DNA of 62,494 bases, counting the filler, from Stramenopiles sp. TOSAG23-6 (taxonomy: Eukaryota): NCBI GenBank assembly GCA_900128565.1. It is 14 parts of 14 records of this genome, joined end to end, with 100 filler letters (N's around TTAATTAATTAA, not from the genome) between each part and the next. Parts side by side here need not be neighbours in the genome. Positions count along the whole stretch, not along the records: positions 1 to 4,413 come from LT637177.1; positions 4,514 to 8,921 come from LT637178.1; positions 9,022 to 13,424 come from LT637179.1; 11 more parts are not named here. One strand, given 5' to 3'. Positions 1-11,723 of the stretch are shown here, piece after piece. A program made the position numbers and the translations under genes. The first letter of the stretch is position 1. Each line of letters opens with the position of its first letter. Below the pieces are notes generated by a model. That model ran no database searches. It was not told the origin of the DNA and was given only the letters and a program-made list of their open reading frames with translations.

Positions 1-157
1 AATAAGTCTGCGAATGCTGGTAATAGTAGTGCACAATGTGATCTTGGTTATTGCTATCGCTGTAGACCAAAAAAAAGCTTTCAAGTGGTTTACTAAATCT
101 GCGAATGCTGGTAATAGTAGTGCACAAAAAAATATTGGTCACTGCTATTGGAAATAA
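1..157 (+). pseudogene. 3' end of Sel1-like repeat gene, frameshifted
   Basis: KSANAGNSSAQCDLGYCY, then in another frame AFKWFTKSANAGNSSAQKNIGHCY; same repeat family as 30726-31323; part of a repeat is missing at ~60 with a frame change. Confidence 0.6.
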
Positions 158-394
158 ACCGCCTGTTATGGGTTGTCGATACGCATTGATACATGGGCAA
201 CGACAAAGGTCTGACGACAAAAAATCGAGACAAACATAAGTATAAGATAAAATGATTCATATAATTTTCATTTGAAATTCTATAAGTGAGAATTACGCAT
301 TTTAAATATTTTTTTTAATTTCTTTTATTTTTTAATTTCATGTGTTCTTACTCGTACTATACAAAAATATAAAAATGTCAAATTATTTGTCTTT

Positions 395-3113
395 TTATCC
401 AGGATATAAAAATGTCAAATTATTTTTTAAAGCTCTCCAAAAGTTTGGATTTATTATAAGTTCACCATTGCTGCTACCAGTCAAAGGGCTCTGCTTTTCC
501 ATAAATAAATCTTCACCATTTGTTATATAGTCAGATCTTGCCTCCATTACAACAACTAAATTATCTGTACTATCCACATAGTAAGACTCAATTGCGCGAG
601 TTCCAATACCAAAATATTCACCAACTCCAACAGATGTGTCACCTTGTAGAACTTTCTGAACCTCATTATCAAAAAAAGTTTCGCAACCGTTTTGTTTTTG
701 TTTTTGTTTGTTGTTTGGTTTTTCAAGTACTGTCGAAAAGAAAATCTTCAAGAGTATCTGAATAGTTTTTGAAATTTCTGATAGTTTCGAATAAACTTCC
801 GCAAAATTGACTTTAGGTAAATAAATAAAATCATTTTTATGCAACGAAATTCCTTGTTGACATTGTCGTTCTTGGACATTTGTGACCCAGTACAAAAGAC
901 CGACAAAATTTATAAATAATGCTTTTTCTTTTTCTGTAATTTGAATTGAGTTTTTCATTTGAGTTTGAAGTTTTTCAAATTCATTTTCTGCTTTATCAAA
1001 TTCATTTTCTGCTTTATGAAATGAATTCACAAAATATTGACGCATTAAATTATCAGTATTCATTGGGGTGATTGGAGGCATCACGAATTCATCTTTTTTT
1101 CCATTATAAACAATGTTAAAGTATTGAAGAAGATCCTTTCTAAAATCATCATCAAAACTACACCTATTTAAAAAGTCCATTCGATCAAAAATAGATCCTC
1201 CTGTTTTTGTTGTATCAACACCAAAACACTTCTGCTTCTCTATGCCTTCGATTAATTTATCAACCTTATATTTCCATTCAACTTGAAAAAATAAATTAGT
1301 TATGCCAAATAACGACATTTTTGTACCAAACGTTGGAACCCAGGGCAAATTTTGAAGCTGGTATGATGAAATTAGTGGCACCGAAAAATTAACTTGTGAA
1401 TAAAAGTCTAATCTCTTGACGTTTTGCTTCATTTTTTGTGGTCTACAACTGTATTGTTGAAAACATATGTCAAATTCGAAATTCGTTAGGTATAAAATGT
1501 AGTAGAAAAATAATTTTAGTTAAAATTAGGGTTAGGATTTGTAATGCAAACATACACAATATATCTGTTTCCATTATCATTAATACTTGCATGCGGAATA
1601 AACTGAAGATCACTGCTGGCATTATACCTTTCAAGAAATGTATTTTGGGAAAATATTTTTTTTTGAAAATTTTACTTTTTTTTGTTAGGTACAAAATTTA
1701 CTACGAAAAAAAATAATTTAAAATTGATCCTGAAAACAAACATTTGTCTACTGTAATACAATGTAAAAACTTATCTTTACTTTCAACAACATGAGATTGT
1801 TGACCGTTTGTGAACTCAAACAATCCTTCGGCTGATATTGCAATACTTGGAGTTTCAAATAATTCACGGAGGGTTTCCATAATAATATTAAAATGACTGC
1901 TAATATCTGCAAAATTTTCATCTGTGGCGTTTAATGGTCCTGAAATGACTTCTAAACCACACGCTACAGGAGCAAAACAGTTATCAACAGTGAATTTAAG
2001 TTTTGGAATATCATTTTTTGGTCCAACTACTTCATTTGTTTGAAAAATGATATTGTTATCCTCCTTGCTGAAGCGGTCAGTATGGACAAGGTCATCTACA
2101 GTCAAGGTAGTTACTGATTCTTCTGGTACAAGTGCTGCTGTATTTAGTTGATATATAAACACTGAATACACTTCTACTTCCAAACCAAAAGTAATCATTT
2201 TAATCCAATCCAATTTCGATTCGTCCGTGGTAATTGGGATAGCATGTATTGGCATTGACAGCAATATTGATTTCATCATTCGTCGGCGCACATCCGATAA
2301 TTCTTTTTTCAATTCTGTTACTTTTTTATCCGCCTCAGCCATTAGCATCATACTTTGCATGAAATACGGGTCATCATAGTCACCCGAATTATTGTCGTCA
2401 GATATTTTCTGTTGATCTTTCATTTCTTTTATCTTTGATTGATATTCTTGTTCTTCTTTTTCGTTAAAATATTTTTTAGCTACAATATTAATTTCTTTAA
2501 TAATGGAAACACGTTGTGGCACTTGATTTTTGGTCAAGATAAGGGAAAACGTATAGGCATTTAATAACGCTCTCATTTCGGTATCAAGATTTTGTTCATC
2601 CTCTGGTGTCAAAGGATACGAATATACACTGGGAGTAGTTGTAGCTGATCTGAGAGATGGAGTAGCTGGTTGTAAAACCTTTACCGTCGGAGTAGTAAAT
2701 GTAGCAGCTTCCTGTTGATTTCGTTGTTCTGCTCGAGCTATAACACCACGGGCAAGAGCTTGAATAATTGTAGCAGCTTCCTGTTGAATTGCTTCATTCT
2801 TCGTAGCTGCTTCCTGTTCATTTCGTTGTTCTGCTTGAGCTATAAAACCACGGGCAAGAGCTTGAATCTGTGTAGCAGCTTCCTCTTCTTTACTTCTTTG
2901 TCTCATCATATAAGTAGTTTGGGCCAGTTGACGAAGCTCTTCTACGGAAGAAAAAGGATCAAGTGTTAGTTGAGCTTTTACGGCTTCTACGAAAGGTTTA
3001 GGTCTTTTAGGAGGATTACTACATCCTGCACACGAAAACATAGCAATACTGAAATGTAATTGAACAGTAAAACAAAAAAGACAAAGTATTGAGATCATTG
3101 GAAGATACTTCAT
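395..3113 (-). CDS. Three-exon putative secreted protein (~835 aa) with IQ-like motifs and a possible amidoligase-like segment
   Basis: Exons 3113-1742, 1637-1556 and 1448-395 join in frame. Hydrophobic N-terminus; EAATQIQALARG and EAATIIQALARG IQ-like motifs; FGLEVEV...GLEVISGPL. Confidence 0.65.
1449..1555 (-). other. Intron, motif class, GT-AG
   Basis: GTATGTTT...TATACCTAAC...AATACAG; phase 2 join restores the frame. Confidence 0.75.
1638..1741 (-). other. Intron, motif class, GT-AT
   Basis: GTTTGTTT...TTTTGTACCTAAC...CCCAAAATACAT; phase 1 join gives an open frame. Confidence 0.75.
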
Positions 3114-3334
3114 TTAAAGACAATAGAAATGAATTTATATACTCGGAAAAAAGAAAGATATATTGTATTGTAATGCTGCGCTTCGTGGAATATTCAAATC
3201 TAAAATTCTAAATCCAATTTTTTTTGGATTTTTTTTGGATTCGTTTTGGATTTAAAAAAAAGTTGAGCGAACTTTTGAAAGCGAAATTTCAAATTTTGTA
3301 AGAAAAAACCCTAACCCTAACTTTTCTAAAAAAA

Positions 3335-4190
3335 TCATCTTCTTTTTATTATATGAGTTACTGAATTTTGATGTCTTAATTTTCGTGTATTTGCGAGTTT
3401 AACTCGTTCAAAATTCATTTCTTTTTGCTCTTTATTGGAACGTTCCTGCTCCTCCACTCTTTTAAAAAGCGTACTTTGTAAACTATACGGAGCACGAACA
3501 GGTCTGTCCTTTCCAGATAACAATCTTTGTCTTGCTTCACGAATGGCACGAATCCATATATTTTGAAAAAATATTTTTTTTTTTGGTAAAATTCGTTAGG
3601 TATGAAATTTTCGTACGAAATTTTCAAAAAAAAAAAAAAATTCGAAATTGAAAAAAAAATCCAGAGCAAAAAAAAAAAAATTTTTTTGTTAGGTATGAAA
3701 TTTCATAGTTAAAAAAAAATGTAGAATAAACATTGAAAAAAAAACCTACATCGTCTTTTTTCAGGTGCTGTTTTGCACACAACTGTAAATGTTTTACTTG
3801 GATGATCAATTTGGAACGCTTGCACAAACCTGTTAGAATTACGCCCTGATCGTTTTTCGTGTTGAATTTCTAAATTTTTAATGACTTTCACTCGAATATC
3901 AATTAAATTTAAAATTCGATGTACACGAAATCTTGATGAAAACCAACCTTTTTTTGCATAAAGTACAACATCACTAAATAAAAAAAAATTATATTTTTGG
4001 TACAAATTTTTTGTACTTATTTTCATTAAAACACCTTCTAATAAAAGTTGTCTATTTTTTTTTAAAATTTTTGCAGATTTTTTAAATTTTTTTTGTAATT
4101 CTTCAAGTTTGACTTTTTCATATTTTGTTTGAATTAATTCTTTTAAATTGGCCACTATTTGATGAACATGTAGTGCGAAGATATATATAT
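3335..4190 (-). CDS. C-terminal part of a DH-PH (RhoGEF, FGD-like) protein, 5' partial
   Basis: RQLLLEGVLMKIS...FFLFSDVVLYAK...AFQIDHPSKTFTVVCKTAPEKRR|WIRAIREA is a PH domain after a DH-like helix; exons ~4190-3750 and 3555-3335. Confidence 0.75.
3556..3749 (-). other. Intron, GT-AT, two branch boxes
   Basis: GTAGGTTT...CAAAATATAT; removal creates the invariant PH-domain Trp codon (t|gg). Confidence 0.85.
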
Positions 4191-4266
4191 ATATATTTCT
4201 TTTTTTCAGAATTGTTTTGTTAGGTACAAAATTTCGTATAAAAACCAAAAAAAAAAAAAAAAAATC

Positions 4267-4315
<49 letters not shown>

Positions 4316-4319
4316 GGAA

Positions 4320-4359
<40 letters not shown>

Positions 4360-4380
4360 CAAACATTTTTTTTTTTTTTC

Positions 4381-4411
<31 letters not shown>

Positions 4412-4413
4412 TG

Positions 4414-4513
4414 NNNNNNNNNNNNNNNNNNNNNNNNNNNNNNNNNNNNNNNNNNNNTTAATTAATTAANNNNNNNNNNNNNNNNNNNNNNNNNNNNNNN
4501 NNNNNNNNNNNNN
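4414..4513. other. Artificial contig spacer (44 N + TTAATTAATTAA + 44 N); also at 8922, 13425, 17905, 22385, 26855, 31324, 35793, 40259, 44725, 49173, 53618 and 58057
   Basis: Identical 100-nt six-frame-stop linker, 13 copies, separating size-sorted contigs. Confidence 0.98.
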
Positions 4514-5908
4514 GAATTTCACTCGGACATAGAAACTGAAAGTGATGATGAAGGCGTCCCAGAATTAGAAGAAGAAGAAGTTCCACGCTGGCGTCAACTC
4601 CTCCCTGACCATAAAGATGTAAAAAATTTAAAACGAGTAAAGAAGAAGAAGAAGAAAAAAAAGGTAAAAAAAGAAAAGGAAACCAAAATAGAAATACCCA
4701 TTGATAGACCAACCATAAAGTGTGTTCGCCCGGGATGTACACAGGAGAAAGTTCTCGCCAAAGGAACAACAGTATTTGATTATTCCGGTACAAACTTTCA
4801 TGCTGTAGACGAAATTATCAAACGTCAGCCCCCCAACTTTTCTGGAACAGATTTGGAGGGCAAATTACGGCACCTGACAGAATGGACAACAAATGGGAGA
4901 CCAACTGTGGTTTGTTTTTACGTTCCATGGTCTGGCCCTTGTGCGCTTCAGATACCAATTTTTCATGATAAAGCATTAAAACATCCGGTGCCAGTAATTC
5001 CACCAGGTGGGGTAGATTTTATCCTTTGCAGTTGTGATCATATTGGTACATTTGACAAAAGTGGTTATGATCTTATACATCAATTTCATAAAAACCATGG
5101 AATGCATGCCTCAAACTTAATTCACATGGTAATATCAAAAGACACTATACACAAGGTACATCAGTATGGTGTTGAATATTTTCCACACCTTTGTCTTATT
5201 AATAAAGATGGAGCGGTTCTAGCAAATTACGACGCTTTTAACTGGGATCTAGTTATAAAAGCAGAAATATTTTCCCGCGTCGCAATAGAAAAACGTACGC
5301 TTAATATGACGGAATTTCATACTGCTTGGCAATTAATGGGTAATCCACGACTGAAAAACTGGGACTTGAAGATAAAATGGAAAGAAATAATGATTAAAAA
5401 GTGGAAGGCTACGGCAATTTCCGAGGCAAACAAGGTTGATAAAGATCAGTTAGACCTCAAAATTGAGTTAGAAGAGAACACAAATAAAAGCGATATACCA
5501 CTGATGGAGGCAGCGGGGCAAAAGATAAAAACAAAGTTTCAATCGGCCGTATTTAAACTGCTAGTTATTGGCAGATTTCTTCGAAGTCAAAACAAAGTAA
5601 AAGAATTGCACATAATTCATGACTCAGAAGAGAAAGTCGAAAACTTAAATGAGAAAGAAATCGATTGGTTTGAACTTGAAAGTAAATGTACATTAGATGG
5701 TTTTGATATTCATCAAATGTTGGATCTACCACTTCCTGGATCTCATCCATCTCCAAAATATAAAATTGATAAAAATACGTCTAGTTATTATAGAGAGATT
5801 GACAGACATCGAGAATTTTGGGAATGTCATGGCTGTTCTACACACAACAAAGATATGCTAACAGATGCGTGTGTCATGTGTGGTTTAGTGAGAGGAAGTC
5901 CTGGATGA
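4514..5908 (+). CDS. Thioredoxin-fold (redoxin-like, WSGPC) protein with C-terminal RanBP2-type zinc finger, 5' partial
   Basis: Frame open from the contig start; PNFSGTDLEGK...GRPTVVCFYVPWSGPC...YGVEYFPHLCLINKDG; WECHGCSTHN...ACVMCG. Confidence 0.7.
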   Translation, partial: EFHSDIETESDDEGVPELEEEEVPRWRQLLPDHKDVKNLKRVKKKKKKKKVKKEKETKIEIPIDRPTIKCVRPGCTQEKVLAKGTTVFDYSGTNFHAVDEIIKRQPPNFSGTDLEGKLRHLTEWTTNGRPTVVCFYVPWSGPCALQIPIFHDKALKHPVPVIPPGGVDFILCSCDHIGTFDKSGYDLIHQFHKNHGMHASNLIHMVISKDTIHKVHQYGVEYFPHLCLINKDGAVLANYDAFNWDLVIKAEIFSRVAIEKRTLNMTEFHTAWQLMGNPRLKNWDLKIKWKEIMIKKWKATAISEANKVDKDQLDLKIELEENTNKSDIPLMEAAGQKIKTKFQSAVFKLLVIGRFLRSQNKVKELHIIHDSEEKVENLNEKEIDWFELESKCTLDGFDIHQMLDLPLPGSHPSPKYKIDKNTSSYYREIDRHREFWECHGCSTHNKDMLTDACVMCGLVRGSPG

Positions 5909-6087
5909 TGATATTGAAAAAGTTTCATCTTGGATGAATGTTAGGAGGAAGTACACTACTATCTCCTCCAATAAATAAGATATACACGGTAATACACACA
6001 AATATAAATTTAATATAAACGATGGGGTATATACCCCAATGTTTTAAGGATTTTTACCAATTAAATAGAAGTGAATTTATTAATCTT

Positions 6088-8921
6088 TCACGTACAAGAA
6101 GTTTCAACGACTTTGTCATTTTTTTCCGCTACATCAATGTTCATCTGTAATAAATCAGGATACACAAACTTATCTGAAGTATAGCGTATTCCTTCAGTTT
6201 CAACATAATATTTACGTGGTTTGTCTTTAAATGGATCATCAAGAATACCTGTATCCCAATCCATTTTACAAGGTTTATTCTGGACTTCTTCTGGAATAAT
6301 TCCTCCAGGGCAAATTATTTCAGTGACCTTTTCATCATCAGCCACCAACGTTTCCGACATTATAAAATTTGGTAAAAATCCTGGCTCAAAATCAGGCAGG
6401 AGAGCTTCTTGATAACCAGTGCGTGGTGTAATACAAATTTTGCGCCTTACACCTTCGTCCAAAAAATACTGAATGACTCTTGTCCACACGAAATGTACGA
6501 ATGATGGTGCTCGTAGAAAATAAAGTTTATGCAATAATTCTGGGTAATTGTCTTGAGTTTCACCTGAACTCGCTTTTATCAAACTCAAATATTTAGGTCG
6601 AAACAATTTCGAATTTACTCCAAAAATATCATCTATGACAACAACCTGAGATCGCCCAGTCTTTAGAAAATGTTTTCGCATTTCATTCTTAACAAACTCA
6701 TTTCGCCATGCACAACAACGTAAAAATAAACGTTGATCTCCACCCAGAGCTTTGTGTAGCCCGGGGACATCAACCCAACCGGTACCATTCATGAGAACAA
6801 GGCGGCGATCAATCGTCTCACCTAAGATACCACCAGGAAAAAATTGTTGAAAACAATATGGTGGTTGCCAATCCGAAATATTGACAACGTCATTTTCATA
6901 TCTCCAAGAAATATGAGCCCAAAACATTTTTTCTGCTTTCTTCAAATTCAGATCCCGAGCATTTAAAAATTTAAGAAGCGTAATACGATCCATTTGTTTC
7001 TCTATTGTCGCTTCAGCCGATGATTCAAACTTTTCAATACTTGAAAATATTCTTGTTTTCGATTGTATACCTAAGGAATCAATATCCGTGTGAGAATCAC
7101 TTTCTGAAGTTTTCGTAACAGCTGCTTCCATTTTCGTTTTATCAGCTGCGTCCGCAATCGCTTGAAGTTTTTCTTTATGTTTCTCCATAAATTTGGGTAA
7201 TGATCTTAAAAGATTTCTCTTAAATTCGAGGAGCAATTCTGTACCATTAATGTAATCATCAACGACAGGCCAAATTTGATCATTACTTCCGTCGCACTTA
7301 TTGTCAAATTCACGAATAGGTTCAATCGTATCAGTTTCACTAGTTGCAATTTTGACGTTTTCATTTTCTGTAATAGAATCGTCTCCATTAGCTTCATGCA
7401 TAATTCCATTATTTTTTCTGTTTCGAAGTTTTGTTTGCTCTCTATTAGATTGTATATTACTGCATCTACTGGAATTTACATTTCTAGTGTTCACTAAAGT
7501 TTCAGATTCTTTGATATGATTTGATAAAACACAACTAGACTTCTTTTTTTCAATTCTTCCTCGAACAGACAATATCAAGGATGGTTTATCAAACCAATTT
7601 TCAATAGCAAACTTTGTTAATCTTCCAAGTAACCCGATTGTAACCACGGAGAGGCAACCAAACCATTCATCTAACATTCGTTTCATTACAAACTTTAACA
7701 AGGAAATAACAAGTTCAGGTTCCCAACCTAGAGGATCAGTGACTAGCCCAATCACAATTGGAACCCACATCCATTTAAGAAATATATACAAATTGACAAT
7801 GATGCGTCTCCCAAGTCCACCTCTTTCAACCCAAGATACTTCATATACACCAGAGTGTTGACTCGATTTCGGAATNNNNNNNNNNNNNNNNNNNNNNNNN
7901 NNNNNNNNNNNNTTTGATAAAGGCACATGGATTTCTTCGTCAATCTCACTAAAACTATTTGGTTTTACCACTAATACAATATTTGTTAATTGCATTGCAT
8001 CCCAAGTGACTTCGGGAAGTGTGGGAAGACAAATTTCTCCTGATTCTTCGTTTTTTTCATGAACGACATGGTGTAAAAATTCATGGGCTTCACTATTCAT
8101 ATCTTTACGTTCTATACGAATATTTTGAATTACTTTTAAACCTTCCCAATTTGAATTTGATGAATTTGGTGAGTCTTCAGGGGTCAACCCTAACCCTAAC
8201 CCTTCGTCCTGTCCATCACACCAAGGAACATAAGCATCGTTTAGTGTGTGGGAATCAAAAGACACCCGATGCCGATAATTACATTTTTTTATTTTTTCTT
8301 GTTCATTTTGAACAGTCCGTTGAAGCATTCGAAACCAATTTTGTCTATCATTTTTATTTGTCGCTCGTAGTATATATTTACCACCAGGCAATTGTGGACA
8401 AGAACTGCATAGAGAAATTGTTTCACTTCCCTCAATTGACATAACTTTTTCAAGTTCTACTCGCTGAACCATTCGTAAATCTAATGCAGCAAGTGGAGAT
8501 GTACCAGAACCTGCGATTTCTTCAGATGCATAATAAAGTAGTAAAGGAGGGCGCAATACGAACCATCGTCTCTGCCAGAAAAATATTCCTGCAGAACTTC
8601 GATTTCGACGAAGTAAAAAAGCATTTCGACTCTTTTCTAAATAACCAGCAAATTGAACTTCAGTTGTTTCCAAGACTGCATTGAATTTAAATGAATCCCT
8701 CCATTTTAATAAAAGAGCTCGATGAGGTGGCAACTTTTCTTTATTATCAACTGCTGGAGGTGTTGTCGGCAGTGCAGGTAATTTTCGTTCGGGAGAATTA
8801 CGTAAAAGACGGTTTTTTTGCTTGCGTTTCTCGTAAAGACATGAACCATAAACAAGCAAGATCGGCCGTGGGTGCACGAACAATGTATTCCCCCTCAGGA
8901 ATCGTTGGGCATTTGGTTCTC
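6088..8921 (-). CDS. PH domain plus CRAL-TRIO (Sec14-like) lipid-binding protein
   Basis: AGYLEK...WQRRWFVLRPPLLLYY (PH); LLKFLNARDLNLKKAEKMFWAHISWR and QDNYPELLHKLYFLRAP (CRAL-TRIO); internal N gap. Confidence 0.85.
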
Positions 8922-9021
8922 NNNNNNNNNNNNNNNNNNNNNNNNNNNNNNNNNNNNNNNNNNNNTTAATTAATTAANNNNNNNNNNNNNNNNNNNNNNN
9001 NNNNNNNNNNNNNNNNNNNNN

Positions 9022-9468
9022 AAAGAAAAAATTAAGGAAGCACTGAAAGAAGCAGAAACATCAGGAGATATCGATAGGAAAAAAAACATTAAAATCATTT
9101 CTCATTCTAAGCTGAAAGAAGAAATCTCAAGTGATGATATTGAAGTGATGAAAGCAGTACTCATGGGTAAAGCCACAAAGAAACAAAAATCTAAATTTGA
9201 CAGTTGGAAATTATTTGAAGAAGATGCGACTAAAGCAAATGTAAAAAATGCCAATATTAAGAAAAAATGGATTTCGACTTACAAAGAATTAAAAGGAGAA
9301 ATGCGAGGAATACTGGAAAAAGACCCAAGATACATCAGAGAGAACAAAAGAATAGATAATCTTATTCAAAATGCTCTTGAACTAGATGATTTTTCAAACT
9401 CTCTTTTAAATGGTACTATGAATGGCACTATGAGTAGTTTTGAAGAAATTATTTACAGTAAAGGATGA
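9022..9468 (+). CDS. C-terminal fragment of a tandem paralogue of the adjacent isochorismatase-like gene
   Basis: DIEVMKAVLMGKATKKQKSKFDSWKLFE and DNLIQNALELDDFS match DIELMKAMVKGTATKEEKQKFHHWKLFE and DNLIKRALEFEKFS in 9788-11575. Confidence 0.7.
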   Translation, partial: KEKIKEALKEAETSGDIDRKKNIKIISHSKLKEEISSDDIEVMKAVLMGKATKKQKSKFDSWKLFEEDATKANVKNANIKKKWISTYKELKGEMRGILEKDPRYIRENKRIDNLIQNALELDDFSNSLLNGTMNGTMSSFEEIIYSKG

Positions 9469-9787
9469 CGTTGGTTTTGATTGAGAAGAATATAGAGACT
9501 TTTTGAACAGACCTGTTTATTAGAATTTGAATTGATTTCATTTTATTTCAAAATGGTAATCGTCTATTCAAGATGACTTATCCACAAAGGAAATTAGCTT
9601 ATTAAAAAATAAAAGTATAAATTCTGAAACAAAAAAAATCTAACTTGGCACAAACATGTCTTTGATTAATTTCAAATATATATATTATATTGCACATAAT
9701 ATCAAATATCGCCGATAAAATTTGAATTTTGAAATTCAAATCAAATTGGACGTATACTACGTATTATATACATAAGATCCAGCAAAC

Positions 9788-11575
9788 ATGAATTTATCTA
9801 CAGTTTTGATTGTGTCTCTTCTATCAGGAGGATACAACTTGTGCCAAGGAGAGAAAAATAAAAACATTCTCGTCGTTGTTGACTCGCAAGAGGATTACTG
9901 GTCTGAAAGTAGTAGCGAAACACTTTGGCTAGAGGGATCAAGCCCTTTGACCAAAATGATACCAAACTCTGTCGAAGTAATCAAAGGAAACTTTGCTTGT
10001 GAGACAAAAACTTTTTCGATTACAAAAGATCAACGTATGAATTGGGATGCAATAGTTGTGACGCAAGACTGGATTCCTTATACAGAAAATTTTATACACT
10101 TATTAGAAGACACAAAGGGAGCAGAAGTAATTACATCGCTCGAAATCCAAATAAAAAAGTGGGAAAAAGNCAATAAAAAAGAAAGAATCGTTCTAAGGAA
10201 AACAACAGATGATTGGTTTACCTTTCTAGCAAGTCCTGATGATTTTATAGAAAAAAGAGAGTCTGATGATGCGATTGATCAGGAGGTTGTTCATCACTAC
10301 CTAACCTCATTTGATAAGAAAACCAAATTTGAGGATTCATCTGGGAAACACAGAAGCCTCTATGAACAGCTTTTACGTAACGGTTATGACAAAAATAACA
10401 CAAAATTGTCTGTGATTGGGATTGCTATGAACCGTTGTGTAAGTAAAGGAGCTGCTCATGCTATGGCAGTAGGATACGAAGTGGAGGTGATTGTACCTGC
10501 AACTTCGGATCGAGAAGATAAACATAATAATTATAGATCTCCTATTGATGATCCAACGTGTATTGAAGAAAACACTTGTAATGCCGTGGATATCAATGAT
10601 GAGGGAGTGAAAGTTTGTTCTGATGGTAAACGATGCGAAGATGATGAATGGTTAAAACAGTTGTACGAGGGTTACAAAGGAGGCCCCACCGATGACAAAA
10701 TATTGCGTCTATTACAAGCAGCAGGTGTAAATCTTTGTGTAAACGCTGCAGAAAATCAATATGAACACCATGGGAAATTGCATAGTGAAAAAGGGCGCCC
10801 AATGTCCTGGAGTATGGCGAGTATGGCCATTGTACATGAGGGTGAAATCGAAATCGGTAAAATACGTAAAATAAGAGGAAAGGTGCGAAAGGTGTTTAAA
10901 AAAAAAGGCAGAATAAGAGGAAAACAGAAGTCGTCAAAGCTTAGAGAAGTGCAAGATCGTCTAGCGAAAGCAAGCACAATTGATGATTCAACAAAAGATA
11001 TTGAACTTATGAAAGCAATGGTAAAGGGCACGGCAACAAAGGAAGAAAAACAAAAATTTCATCACTGGAAATTGTTTGAAGCAAATTCAGTCAAAGAGGA
11101 TAATAATTTTAAAGAAGAAGAGATTTATAGTGATAGTAGTGATGATGATGATGGTGATGATGGTGATGATGGTGATTTGGCACTCATTGGTGTGCGATAT
11201 ATCTCAGATCATATGGAAGAAATCATCAAAAACATGTTGAATGAAGTCCATACCTCAAAAATTAACAGAACAAATGCAGGAACAAATGTTGGAGAAAATG
11301 TCGACAAAGAAGCAAAGGCTAAAGAAAAAGCCAAATTTGATGAAGAGGAAAAAAAAGCTTCACTTAAAAATAAAAGAAAAGAAATATACAAAAGATTAAA
11401 AGAAGATCAGAAAAAGCTGGAAAAAAAGGCCGAAGCAGATAATTTAATAAAACGTGCTCTGGAATTTGAAAAGTTTTCTAGAAAGAGCATAGATATAGAT
11501 ACATCTAGTGCAGACAGAGAGGTAAATTTCAATGAAATATTCCGTCCCGAATTCATTAGGACAATGATGAATTAA
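9788..11575 (+). CDS. Signal-peptide-bearing isochorismatase/nicotinamidase-family cysteine hydrolase with charged C-terminal extension
   Basis: ILVVVDSQEDY (Asp), IVVTQDW, VLRKT (Lys), VIGIAMNRCVSKGAAHAMAVGYEVEV (Cys). Confidence 0.75.
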   Translation: MNLSTVLIVSLLSGGYNLCQGEKNKNILVVVDSQEDYWSESSSETLWLEGSSPLTKMIPNSVEVIKGNFACETKTFSITKDQRMNWDAIVVTQDWIPYTENFIHLLEDTKGAEVITSLEIQIKKWEKXNKKERIVLRKTTDDWFTFLASPDDFIEKRESDDAIDQEVVHHYLTSFDKKTKFEDSSGKHRSLYEQLLRNGYDKNNTKLSVIGIAMNRCVSKGAAHAMAVGYEVEVIVPATSDREDKHNNYRSPIDDPTCIEENTCNAVDINDEGVKVCSDGKRCEDDEWLKQLYEGYKGGPTDDKILRLLQAAGVNLCVNAAENQYEHHGKLHSEKGRPMSWSMASMAIVHEGEIEIGKIRKIRGKVRKVFKKKGRIRGKQKSSKLREVQDRLAKASTIDDSTKDIELMKAMVKGTATKEEKQKFHHWKLFEANSVKEDNNFKEEEIYSDSSDDDDGDDGDDGDLALIGVRYISDHMEEIIKNMLNEVHTSKINRTNAGTNVGENVDKEAKAKEKAKFDEEEKKASLKNKRKEIYKRLKEDQKKLEKKAEADNLIKRALEFEKFSRKSIDIDTSSADREVNFNEIFRPEFIRTMMN

Positions 11576-11723
11576 CATTTTAACTCAAGATACCCGGCAC
11601 CCCGCAGATATCGCGCTCAAAGAATCAGAAACATTCTTTGAAGAACTTTTTTTAAGTGCTTTTTTTAAGTGTCTTTTGAACAAAACTATATTTTTCCAGT
11701 AGTACAATTAATTCGAAAACATA

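Noticed and set aside
4458-4469. TTAATTAATTAA repeated every ~4.4 kb as a biological repeat
   Set aside because: Always centred in 88 Ns; it is a six-frame stop linker added during contig concatenation.
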